Shown in pieces: positions 1 through 9,340 of a DNA stretch of 26,169 bases. The translations under genes were made by a program, and so were the position numbers. Every line of letters begins with the position of its first letter. Positions within the stretch are counted from its first letter, which is position 1. The notes under the pieces were generated by a model. That model searched no databases. It worked only from the letters and a program-made list of their open reading frames with translations, and was not told the origin of the DNA. The DNA is taken from NCBI GenBank assembly GCA_964391685.1, contig CAYMND010000001.1, positions 1 through 26,169 on the forward strand, given 5' to 3'. Origin of the DNA: an uncultured Clostridia bacterium (GTDB taxonomy: Bacteria; Acidobacteriota; Aminicenantia; UBA2199).

Positions 1-1293
<1,293 letters not shown>

Positions 1294-1375
1294 TTAATGA
1301 TTATTCTTCATTTTTCACGCACCGGGTATATTGGAGTTTGACCACGAGTGTGTGGAATCGTCATGTAAAGAAGAA

Positions 1376-1403
1376 ATTATCATAATATTGAAGATTGTGT
1401 CAA
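1376..1403 (-). promoter_or_regulatory. Putative sigma70-type promoter for nifJ
   Basis: Minus strand reads TTGACA-N16-GATAAT, about 90 nt upstream of the nifJ start. Confidence 0.5.
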
Positions 1404-1450
1404 GGGAAGGTTTTTTTTTATCCGCTATGAAGTTAAAATATAAAGTATTA

Positions 1451-1481
1451 TTGACAACAGGTGACGGGGATATTATATAAT
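1451..1481 (+). promoter_or_regulatory. Putative sigma70-type promoter for the DUF151 gene
   Basis: Perfect TTGACA at 1451-1456, followed by TATATA (17-nt spacer) or TATAAT (1476-1481, 19-nt spacer); AT-rich sequence upstream. Confidence 0.55.
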
Positions 1482-1512
1482 ACCTGAAAAAGTGAGTAAT
1501 AACGGTGATGAA

Positions 1513-2019
1513 ATGGATGATGAAAATGCGGTCTATCAGGTAAAATTGATCGGCCTGATTATGGATCCCATATCGAAGTGCCCTGTCATGATTCTGAAAC
1601 CGATCAATGAAAAAAAAATCATACCCATATGGATCGGCGGATTCGAAGCGAATGCCATCACAATGGAACTGGAATCTATCAATCCGCCCCGGCCCATGAC
1701 GCATGACCTGTTCAAAAGCATGCTTTTTCATTGTGGAGCCAAGTTGAAAAAGGTTGTTGTCACAGATGTCATCGAGAACACCTTTTTCGCCGAACTTTAC
1801 CTTCAGAAACAGGATGGAGAAATGATTCAGATTGACAGCAGACCATCGGACGCAGTGACTCTGGCTTTGAAAACCGGTATACCGATTTATGTGACCGATG
1901 CCGTGTACAATGGATCCATTCTGTCCGATCATTTTTCCGATTTTCTCAATACCGAAGAGCAGTTGGAAGACTGGTTCAATTCACTGTCACCCGAGGATTT
2001 CGGTTCGGTAGAACAGTAG
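1513..2019 (+). CDS. Bifunctional nuclease family protein (DUF151/BFN)
   Basis: PVMILK...IPIWIGGFEANAI...PPRPMTHDLF...FFAEL...IDSRPSDAVTLAL...PIYV pattern typical of DUF151. ATG at 1513 (GGTGA upstream) preferred over the track's GTG at 1492. Confidence 0.9.
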   Translation: MDDENAVYQVKLIGLIMDPISKCPVMILKPINEKKIIPIWIGGFEANAITMELESINPPRPMTHDLFKSMLFHCGAKLKKVVVTDVIENTFFAELYLQKQDGEMIQIDSRPSDAVTLALKTGIPIYVTDAVYNGSILSDHFSDFLNTEEQLEDWFNSLSPEDFGSVEQ

Positions 2020-2021
2020 AG

Positions 2022-4430
2022 TTATTTTCCCGTCACAATGAAGATGCAGAATCCCCAGGGGCCCAGCCGTATCTTTTTGAACGGAGAGTCTTCAATCATC
2101 GTGTTGTATGATTGTGCGAGATTCTGAATCGAACCGATCGCCGGCCAATTGTCAACCGAAGTGCTGATCTTTCCGTTGATTTCGGAATCCTGATAATTCA
2201 CGACCACATATACGGTATTGTTTTCAAACCGGTTGCTGTAGCAGATGACGTTCTTTTCTTTCTCGTCTCCAAAACCCGTAAAAGATTGGAGCATGAAATT
2301 GTGGGCATCGCTGAACCAGCGTCTATTCGACAGGACAGGCATCAGAATTGACGAATAATAATCGAAAAAACCTTTATCCGACGGTAGATTGTGGATCGGT
2401 GCCGCAAACTCCATGCCGTATTGTTCTTCAAGGCCGTCCCATTGGCTGTGAGCGAAAAGGGGGGTACCCGGAAAAGTGCACAGCAGAATCGAAGCGGCAT
2501 GGAAGCGGTCTCCCTTGCCGAAAGAGACTGCGGCAGGCGCCTCGTCCGGAGTACTGAGAAAATTAACGTAATGGTTCAATGTGGTCTTGGGATAGTGCTG
2601 AAACAGGTAATTCAGATATTCGTTGAATTTATGGCCGGGGTAATCCCGTAAAATATTCATGAAAGCACTGTGATATACCTTGTGCATGCCGATATGGTTG
2701 ATGAAATAGGGCTCCATCAGCCAGAATGCCTCCGCCAGCAGAAGAGCCTGCGGATTTTCTCTGTTCAAAGCGGTCAGAACATCCTGCCAGAACTCAAGAT
2801 CTCCGTAAAGACTGTCAAATTCATCATGGGAGGATATTTTCCCGCTTCGAGAAGGAATTGCCCCTCCTTCACCCGGCGGAGGAAACCATAATCGTTTGTA
2901 ATGCAGTCGGGTGAGAGTCATAGCCGCATCGAGTCTGATGAGTGGAAAGTCTTTACTGACAGCGATGATGGTATCGATCATTTTGCGGCGAACCTCAGGA
3001 TTCAGGTAGTTCAGCTGCGCAGTATCATTCCAGGGGACGTGCGTGCCGTCGTTACCGTGATAGATGTAAAGCGGCTGATCCGATTTACTGCGGTTGTGGT
3101 AGCGGAATACCACCGCGGCATCCTGCCGATCATAGTAATGATCTTCTATCCTGATGTCGATATGTTCATCCTGCGACAGGTTGTTCCCCAGGAAGGAATA
3201 GGAAGGGAAAGGGGAAGATTCGGATGATACGAACCATTCCGGATGCTGCTGCACCCAGTGTGAATCGATGGCGGTATGGTTGGGGATGACATCCGCTCCG
3301 AGATGGATTCCGAATCTTGCTGCCTTTTCCTTCAAAACTTTCAGTGCCTCGTTTCCTCCCAAAGCGGGATCGATCTGATAATCATGAATGGAATAGGCTG
3401 AAGCCAGGGCGTAGGGATTGCCCAGGGACTGTTTGATCTTTTTTGATGCCGGACTTCTTTCCCAGATACCTACAAGCCACAATCCGGAGATATGAAGCCG
3501 TTTCATTTCCGAGAATTCCTCATCCGGGATCTCGGCGATGGTCGTGATGGGCCGTTGATATTTCACAGAAAGTTGATGCAGCCAAACCGGAAGAAGTTTG
3601 GCCAAGATGACCAGCTCCTTGCCCCAGTCGGGAACGGTGTTCGGCAAAATGCGACTGGGAAACGGGACGGCCGATCGCTCGTCGGGTCTCACAGATGAAT
3701 CACTGATCTGTTTTTCCTGAATTTCGGCAGTATCCCGAACGGAGAGGTCCGCCGAGAAATCGAATTCGAGGCCCGGGTGTGTGGGGTGTCTTTCGAGGTC
3801 GATTTCAGAAAGCCTGTCCAGGGATCTGTACAGAAGGTGATTCAGCTGTGGAGACAAAACAAAATTTTTCTGCAGATATTCTGCAAGCTGCCGGAGATCT
3901 CCGGGTCTTGAACAGGTATGGTGTGCTGTTCTGAGGTGGGGTCTGACGATCAGCGACTCGAATTGTTCATGAAAGCCGGAATCAGAGAGAGTCGCCTGGA
4001 GAGATTGAGGGATAAAACAGTTCCGGAGGCTTTTAAGCTGAGGCTTTTCGAGGATCCATAAAATACTGGCGATGTACAAAAATTTAACCTGAAATTCCGG
4101 TTGAAAAGGATAAATGAAAAGCTGTTTCTCATCGATTTTTTCAAGAAGCATTTGCACCGGCGGTGGAATTTCCGACATTTTTTTAGTGACAGATTCCGGT
4201 TCCGATTTCAAATCCTGCCGAACGATCTGGGTCCATGCCTGAATGAAGGCGAATCCGAGTTCGATTTCGATTCTGGTGCGAAGCTGTCTGTCGTCCGGAG
4301 TGGTATGGAGAGAGCTGAGCAGCAGGTAAATCAGACGGGAATAGAATTCACCGTGATCCATCTGAATGTCTGCGAGTTTCTCCCCATGGGGCTTGAATGA
4401 AAACCAGAAATATAATAGGTCTTGATCCAC
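2022..4430 (-). CDS. GH13 alpha-amylase-family glycoside hydrolase with N-terminal extension
   Basis: GH13 regions: GLWLVGIWE, DVIPNH (region I), IRLDAAM (nucleophile Asp), LAEAFW (acid/base Glu), FLSTPDE (region IV-like Asp); WNDTAQLNY. GTG start 4 nt after the mazG stop. Confidence 0.85.
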   Translation of the reverse strand: MDQDLLYFWFSFKPHGEKLADIQMDHGEFYSRLIYLLLSSLHTTPDDRQLRTRIEIELGFAFIQAWTQIVRQDLKSEPESVTKKMSEIPPPVQMLLEKIDEKQLFIYPFQPEFQVKFLYIASILWILEKPQLKSLRNCFIPQSLQATLSDSGFHEQFESLIVRPHLRTAHHTCSRPGDLRQLAEYLQKNFVLSPQLNHLLYRSLDRLSEIDLERHPTHPGLEFDFSADLSVRDTAEIQEKQISDSSVRPDERSAVPFPSRILPNTVPDWGKELVILAKLLPVWLHQLSVKYQRPITTIAEIPDEEFSEMKRLHISGLWLVGIWERSPASKKIKQSLGNPYALASAYSIHDYQIDPALGGNEALKVLKEKAARFGIHLGADVIPNHTAIDSHWVQQHPEWFVSSESSPFPSYSFLGNNLSQDEHIDIRIEDHYYDRQDAAVVFRYHNRSKSDQPLYIYHGNDGTHVPWNDTAQLNYLNPEVRRKMIDTIIAVSKDFPLIRLDAAMTLTRLHYKRLWFPPPGEGGAIPSRSGKISSHDEFDSLYGDLEFWQDVLTALNRENPQALLLAEAFWLMEPYFINHIGMHKVYHSAFMNILRDYPGHKFNEYLNYLFQHYPKTTLNHYVNFLSTPDEAPAAVSFGKGDRFHAASILLCTFPGTPLFAHSQWDGLEEQYGMEFAAPIHNLPSDKGFFDYYSSILMPVLSNRRWFSDAHNFMLQSFTGFGDEKEKNVICYSNRFENNTVYVVVNYQDSEINGKISTSVDNWPAIGSIQNLAQSYNTMIEDSPFKKIRLGPWGFCIFIVTGK

Positions 4431-4434
4431 TTGA

Positions 4435-5199
4435 TCACTGTCTCCGAAATTTGGATTCCTGCCAAAGCGCCTCCAGCTCAGGGAGGGTTTGACTGGTGAT
4501 ATCTTGTTTCAAATCGCTGATCTTGTTTTCAAGGTAGCGGAATCTTTCAGTGAATTTCCGGTTTGCGGCTTTCAGCGCCAATTCGGGATGTACCCGAAGA
4601 TGCCTGCACAGGTTGACCACTGCGAACAGCAGATCACCGCATTCCTCGTTTTTTTCCTCTATGGTTTTCGCCTTGAGGATTTCATTCAACTCTTCGTTGA
4701 TCTTGCCATGGATCTGACTGGAATCAGGCCAATCGAATCCTACTGAAGCCGCCTGTTCGCTGATTCTCTTGCTGACCGACAGGGCAGGCATTGTGTCAGG
4801 ATAATCCGAAATAATCGATTCTTTGCTTTTCTCTTTCTTTTTAATTTTTTCCCAATTGTTCTTCACCTGATCATCGGTCAGTTTCATTTTTTGCTGGAAG
4901 ATGTGCGGGTGTCTGCGAATCAATTTTTCTTTCAGGGTTTTCATGACGTCGTTGATGTCGAAATGGTTCTTTTCCTCCATGATACGGCTCAAAAAAAGGA
5001 CCTGAAGAAAAAGATCACCCAGTTCCTCTTTCTGCTTTCGAACATCACCGTCCGATATCGCTTCCGTAAGCTCATGGGCCTCTTCGATAATGTATTCCCT
5101 CAAAGTATCGGGAGTCTGTTTCAAATCCCAAGGGCATCCATCTTCGGGATTGCGAAGTCTGGCGAAAATCTGTACTAGATCATCGAAAAGCTGTGACAT
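4435..5199 (-). CDS. mazG: Nucleoside triphosphate pyrophosphohydrolase MazG (tandem-domain type)
   Basis: GCPWDLKQT, IEEAHEL, EELGDL, KLIRRHPHIF, AASVGFDW, second acidic motif EELNE...EECGDLLF; GGAG RBS. Confidence 0.95.
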   Translation of the reverse strand: MSQLFDDLVQIFARLRNPEDGCPWDLKQTPDTLREYIIEEAHELTEAISDGDVRKQKEELGDLFLQVLFLSRIMEEKNHFDINDVMKTLKEKLIRRHPHIFQQKMKLTDDQVKNNWEKIKKKEKSKESIISDYPDTMPALSVSKRISEQAASVGFDWPDSSQIHGKINEELNEILKAKTIEEKNEECGDLLFAVVNLCRHLRVHPELALKAANRKFTERFRYLENKISDLKQDITSQTLPELEALWQESKFRRQ

Positions 5200-5227
5200 G
5201 CGGGCTCCATGAATATTGGTTCTGATG

Positions 5228-5256
5228 ATTTTACATAGTTTTTCAGGTCAGGGCAA
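5228..5256 (-). promoter_or_regulatory. Putative sigma70-type promoter for mazG-GH13
   Basis: Minus strand reads TTGCCC-N17-TAAAAT, ending about 30 nt upstream of the mazG ATG. Confidence 0.45.
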
Positions 5257-5332
5257 ATTTTTGTATCAGAAATTGGTTGTCATTGGTTTACTTTATCTTT
5301 TTTTATGATATATATGTCATTACGGAGATACT

Positions 5333-5578
5333 TTGGAAAACAGCATCAAACCACTGGTTGTTCTGATTCTGACTCAGGCGATGATTTTTTTGGGCGAGGT
5401 GCCCAATCCAATTACGGGGAAAAGAGAAACGAACTTACCGGCGGCATCGCGGTATCTGCAGATGTTGACTGCGCTGCGTGACAAGACTCAGGGGAATCTC
5501 GACGAAGCGGAAGAGGTTTTTATGAGGGACACCCTGGACAATCTGAATCTTGTTTTTCAAAAAAAGGCAGAAGAATGA
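5333..5578 (+). CDS. DUF1844-family small protein
   Basis: TQAMIFLGEVPNPITGKRETNLPAASRYLQMLTALRDKTQGNLDEAEE matches my recollection of the DUF1844 pattern (LG..PNP.TG...NL..A...ID.L..L..KT.GNL). TTG start with GGAGA RBS. Confidence 0.8.
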   Translation: MENSIKPLVVLILTQAMIFLGEVPNPITGKRETNLPAASRYLQMLTALRDKTQGNLDEAEEVFMRDTLDNLNLVFQKKAEE

Positions 5579-7374
5579 TCAGAAAACTCGCACTGATTTT
5601 TTTTGCGGTCTGGTTTATGCTGGGATGCCATGCTTTTGCCGACGAAACCTATCATGCTGAACCCAGTGTACTGGAAGAACAAGTCCTGCTGCTTGAATTC
5701 TCTTTGAAAAACAAGGCGTACGATGAAATCAAGAACATCATCAACACATTCGATCCCGAACTTTTCAATATCAGCCCTTCCCGGCTGGCGCCTTATTCAG
5801 ACAGATTACTCGTTGTCGGAGCCGAACTATACGGCCAGGGACAAAAAGAGGCGGCGTCCATCCTGTTGACCAAGCTTCTCGCTCTGGATCCGTCTGAATG
5901 GAGGGCGATATCATTTCTGAACCAATACCGGGAGGATAAAAAACTGTTCGATTTGTCGAATATCAAAAAAATAGTGAATCAGACAACGCGTCTCTTCAGA
6001 AATTTCGAACCCTCTGTCATTCTTGCGACACAAATCAATACGGCATTGTTCTGGGCCGTGCTGCTGACGCTGCTTTCGTTTTCGTTCTGGATGATCAGAA
6101 ATTATTTTTCTTTGGCCACCCATGACATGATCCGCATGGAGAACGGACTTGTGGATATTAAAAAACTGGCCATGTGGGCGGTCATTCTGCTTTGGCCGAT
6201 TGTACTGGGAGCAGGATGGTTCCTGTTTGTCATGATCATCATCGCTTCATTGTGGTTCTACACGGAAAAAAGCGAGCGGAAGGCCCTGATTTTCCTTTTT
6301 ATCATTCTTGCGATTATGACACTGATCAGTTCGGTTAATCAGTTTTTGATTCATCAGTTGAACAACCAGTCTTTTCTTCAGACCAAGAAAATCATTCAAA
6401 ACGACACGATGAGTTACGATGAGGATGAAATCGAAAGAAACCAGTATTCAAAGATGATTCTTGCCTTGAACAATTTCAACGCAGGCCATCTGGAAGAAGG
6501 AATGGAGTGGCTCAACTCAGCCGATGACACGGTGCCGATCGTTATGAAAAAGAATCTCTACGGGTACGCTTTTCTTTCGAACAAGGATTATCAGAATGCC
6601 ATATCCACCCTGACGGAAGTACTGGCAAGAAATCCATCCGATCAGACAGCATTGCACAATCTGTCGGCGGCGTTATTGGAGAACAGTGACCAGGCACTGT
6701 ATGATGCTTTTGTTGAACGCTTTCCAAAGCTGAAATCGTTCCAGGAAATCGCGGGTCAGCCAAAATTGCCTCACTTGTCGGAAAGCTTCATCTTGTCCAT
6801 GTTTTTAAGTGCAGGCAAGAAGACAAATGAAGGGGCCTTCTGGTATATCGCCAAATCATGTTTCAAGTTCCTGCTGCGCATGCCGATCATCTATTTTTTC
6901 ATCATCTTTTTCGTCTACGTGAAATTTCTTCCTCTTCTGTTCCATAGCATCGGAAGAAGCACACATTGCACCAAGTGTCAGAAGATTATCAAGAAGGAAA
7001 ACACGAACAGAGCGATCAACGTCTGCAATGACTGCTACCAGCTTTTTTTAATCAAGGACACCATGATGGCGGACGCCAAATCGTTCAAGGAAACGGAAAT
7101 CAACCGGAAAAACCGCAGGAAAAACATGATTCTGCTCCTTTTCTCATTTCTGTCTCCGGGTTTTTTCCTGCACATGAGGGGGCAGCACAGGCTTTTTGCC
7201 GTGACGAATTATTTCTTCTACCTTTTTCTTATCATTGCCTGGGCATCATGGCAGCCGCTGGCAATATATTGCGGAGCCGTTCCGCTTTTTGCCAAGGCTT
7301 TCGGTATCCTTGCGGCCTTGGTATTCCTGTTCACCAATCTGCTGATTTTCCAGGGAGATGAATATGGGATTTAA
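5575..7374 (+). CDS. Polytopic membrane protein with TPR-like domains and a CxxC-x15-CxxC motif (function unknown)
   Basis: 599-aa ORF; N-terminal signal-peptide-like segment (..GCHAFA), about 8 hydrophobic segments, TPR-like helices (GYAFLSNKDYQNAISTLTEVLARNPSDQTALHNL), CTKC..CNDC; ATGA overlap with the upstream gene. Confidence 0.8.
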   Translation: MIRKLALIFFAVWFMLGCHAFADETYHAEPSVLEEQVLLLEFSLKNKAYDEIKNIINTFDPELFNISPSRLAPYSDRLLVVGAELYGQGQKEAASILLTKLLALDPSEWRAISFLNQYREDKKLFDLSNIKKIVNQTTRLFRNFEPSVILATQINTALFWAVLLTLLSFSFWMIRNYFSLATHDMIRMENGLVDIKKLAMWAVILLWPIVLGAGWFLFVMIIIASLWFYTEKSERKALIFLFIILAIMTLISSVNQFLIHQLNNQSFLQTKKIIQNDTMSYDEDEIERNQYSKMILALNNFNAGHLEEGMEWLNSADDTVPIVMKKNLYGYAFLSNKDYQNAISTLTEVLARNPSDQTALHNLSAALLENSDQALYDAFVERFPKLKSFQEIAGQPKLPHLSESFILSMFLSAGKKTNEGAFWYIAKSCFKFLLRMPIIYFFIIFFVYVKFLPLLFHSIGRSTHCTKCQKIIKKENTNRAINVCNDCYQLFLIKDTMMADAKSFKETEINRKNRRKNMILLLFSFLSPGFFLHMRGQHRLFAVTNYFFYLFLIIAWASWQPLAIYCGAVPLFAKAFGILAALVFLFTNLLIFQGDEYGI

Positions 7375-8347
7375 GGGGACTCTAAAGGAATTCAAGGTTC
7401 CGGATATTCTTCAGTTGCTTTCTCTTCAGCAAAAATCCGGTATATTGACCTTTACAGCCAAGGACGGATTCATAACCCTGATTTTTGAAAAAGGATTCAT
7501 TGTCGGGGTCGATGCATTTCCCAAAAAACTGGGAATCCGGGTCGGTCATGTTCTGGTTAAACAGGATTTTATCAGCGATGAAATGCTGCAAAGAGCTCTT
7601 TCGATCCAGAAGAGAACCAACCAGCGAATCGGGGAGATTCTCCAGGGGATGGGATTGATCAATCAGGGCATCATCGATCAGGCTCTGAAGACTCAAACTG
7701 TGGAGATCGTCCTGTCTCTTTTCAAATGGAAGAAGGGAGAGTACAATTTCAAAATCATGGATGTTCTTGAGGATTCCATGAGAATCATCGACCCCATTCC
7801 GACTGACAACCTGATCATGGAAGGGGTGCAGATGCTTGATGAATGGCCGCTCATCAAGAAGATGATTCCACATGAAGACATTGTTTTCTATCCCAAACCG
7901 ATTGATCCGAAAGATGTTGTGCTCATCGATGAATATGACGAATTTACACCGAAAGGAAACAAGATTTACCTGAGTGAGCAGGAAACCAATCTCCTGAAAC
8001 ATGTCAACGGACAGAACCGAGTCCGAGACATCGTGGAGCTTGGTCTTTTCACTGAATACAAGGTATACAAGAATCTTTTCAATCTTCTGAAAAAAGACGT
8101 CATCGAAGCGCGAACGGGAATATCAAGCGAGGACGCTTCACCGGAAGATTACCTGTTGGAGGAAAAGCAGAGTCAAAGTGAGAATCTGTTTTCAAAGGCG
8201 ATGTCACTCGTTCTGATCATCCTTTTCATCATGTTGTTCATCACGTTCAAGTCACCAATGAAGCCGTTTCTCAGCGATTCAGTCTTGTTCGATTATAATG
8301 TTTACAGCTTATTCACCGGAATCAACCCAGAAAAGCCGAATGGCTGA
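7364..8347 (+). CDS. DUF4388 (PatA-N) domain protein with tandem MshEN motifs and a C-terminal membrane anchor
   Basis: N-terminus GTLKEFKVPDILQLLSLQQKSGILTF..ITLIFEKGFIVG and LFKWKKGEYNF typical of DUF4388; two 24-residue RxGxxL..L...L..Q motifs; hydrophobic AMSLVLIILFIMLFITF near the C-terminus. ATG at 7364 is best spaced from GGAGA (track start 7358). Confidence 0.85.
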   Translation: MGFKGTLKEFKVPDILQLLSLQQKSGILTFTAKDGFITLIFEKGFIVGVDAFPKKLGIRVGHVLVKQDFISDEMLQRALSIQKRTNQRIGEILQGMGLINQGIIDQALKTQTVEIVLSLFKWKKGEYNFKIMDVLEDSMRIIDPIPTDNLIMEGVQMLDEWPLIKKMIPHEDIVFYPKPIDPKDVVLIDEYDEFTPKGNKIYLSEQETNLLKHVNGQNRVRDIVELGLFTEYKVYKNLFNLLKKDVIEARTGISSEDASPEDYLLEEKQSQSENLFSKAMSLVLIILFIMLFITFKSPMKPFLSDSVLFDYNVYSLFTGINPEKPNG

Positions 8348-9254
8348 TCTCTCGTGCTCATCATCCGTACTGACCATCGGAAATTTTGATGGACTGCATA
8401 TCGGCCATCAGAAGATACTTGAAAAACTGGTACAGATTGCAAGGGGAAAAAGCCTTCCTTCGTACATTGTCACCTTTGAGCCGAACCCGAAGATATTTTT
8501 CGGAAAAGAAAACGCATTGCTGCAAACTCCCGCACAGAGACTGTCATCGCTGAGAAACAGCGGAGTGGACGGAATATTCGTCGTTGATTTCGACAAGGCC
8601 CATATACTCAGCGGAGAAGACTTTGTCCGCAGTTTTTTGATCGAGCGTTTCAAGATGAAACACCTGGTGGTTGGAGAAAACTTCCGGCTCGGAAAGAACA
8701 GAAGTTACGACATCAACATGTTGTGTGACAATCTGACCAAACTCAACGCGGAATGTACGGTCGTACAGCAGATGTTTCTGGGGGACAAACCGGTCTCCAG
8801 CAGTCGGATTCGGGATGCTTTACGAATTGGAGAGGTCGAAACGGCGGCGGTGATGCTGGGAAAACCCTATTCAATAGAAGGGGTGGTGGTGAGAGGAGAT
8901 GGTTTCGGAACCCGGATGATCGGCTACCCCACGATAAATATCGATACCGAAAACATGTTGCTGCCACAGGGTGTCTTTATCACTCAAACCGCATTCCCGG
9001 GATCCGAAAAGAAAATCTGGGGCATAACCAATGTCGGCATCAGACCCACTCTATCCGGAACCCAGGAAAGGATTGAGACCCATCTGCTCCATTTTCAGGG
9101 AAGTCTCTATGGGCGGGATGTGGCGTTGTCTTTCAAGAAAAGAATCAGATCGGAAGTCCGGTTCGAAACAACCCGCCAGCTGAGCGAGCAGATTGCGAAA
9201 GATGTGGAGACGCTCAAGTCTTATCTGAGAAGCCCTGAGATCTCGGAATCGTAA
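8340..9254 (+). CDS. ribF: Bifunctional riboflavin kinase/FAD synthetase
   Basis: TIGNFDGLHIGHQ, VTFEPNP, VVGENFRLG, VSSSRIR, GYPTINI, TNVGIRPT, IETHLLHF. ATG at 8340 overlapping the upstream stop preferred over the track start 8298. Confidence 0.96.
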   Translation: MADLSCSSSVLTIGNFDGLHIGHQKILEKLVQIARGKSLPSYIVTFEPNPKIFFGKENALLQTPAQRLSSLRNSGVDGIFVVDFDKAHILSGEDFVRSFLIERFKMKHLVVGENFRLGKNRSYDINMLCDNLTKLNAECTVVQQMFLGDKPVSSSRIRDALRIGEVETAAVMLGKPYSIEGVVVRGDGFGTRMIGYPTINIDTENMLLPQGVFITQTAFPGSEKKIWGITNVGIRPTLSGTQERIETHLLHFQGSLYGRDVALSFKKRIRSEVRFETTRQLSEQIAKDVETLKSYLRSPEISES

Positions 9255-9267
9255 CGTTCAGCCAAGC

Positions 9268-9296
9268 TTTACTGAATGGTTCTTTTCTGGTATGAT
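9268..9296 (+). promoter_or_regulatory. Putative sigma70-type promoter for tig-clpP-clpX-lon
   Basis: TTTACT-N17-TATGAT with an extended -10 TGn, in the 86-nt ribF-tig gap. Confidence 0.55.
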
Positions 9297-9340
9297 CCAG
9301 TTTTATTTCAGTGATTTGAATATATATCAGGAGAATTTTC

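Noticed and set aside
1388-1403. TTGA-N8-TCAA palindrome as an FNR/Crp or Rex site
   Set aside because: FNR needs TTGAT-N4-ATCAA (N6 between TTGA and TCAA) and Rex needs TTGTGAA-N4-TTCACAA; the spacing and sequence do not fit, and the TCAA half is simply the -35 box.
5575-5640. Lipoprotein lipobox (MLGC) in the TPR membrane protein
   Set aside because: Poor match to [LVI][ASTVI][GAS]C; an AFA signal peptidase I site follows and is more plausible.
9255-9340. tRNA upstream of tig, as seen in many bacteria
   Set aside because: The 86-nt gap has no cloverleaf, TTC-GA T-loop or CCA end; it is explained by a promoter and RBS.
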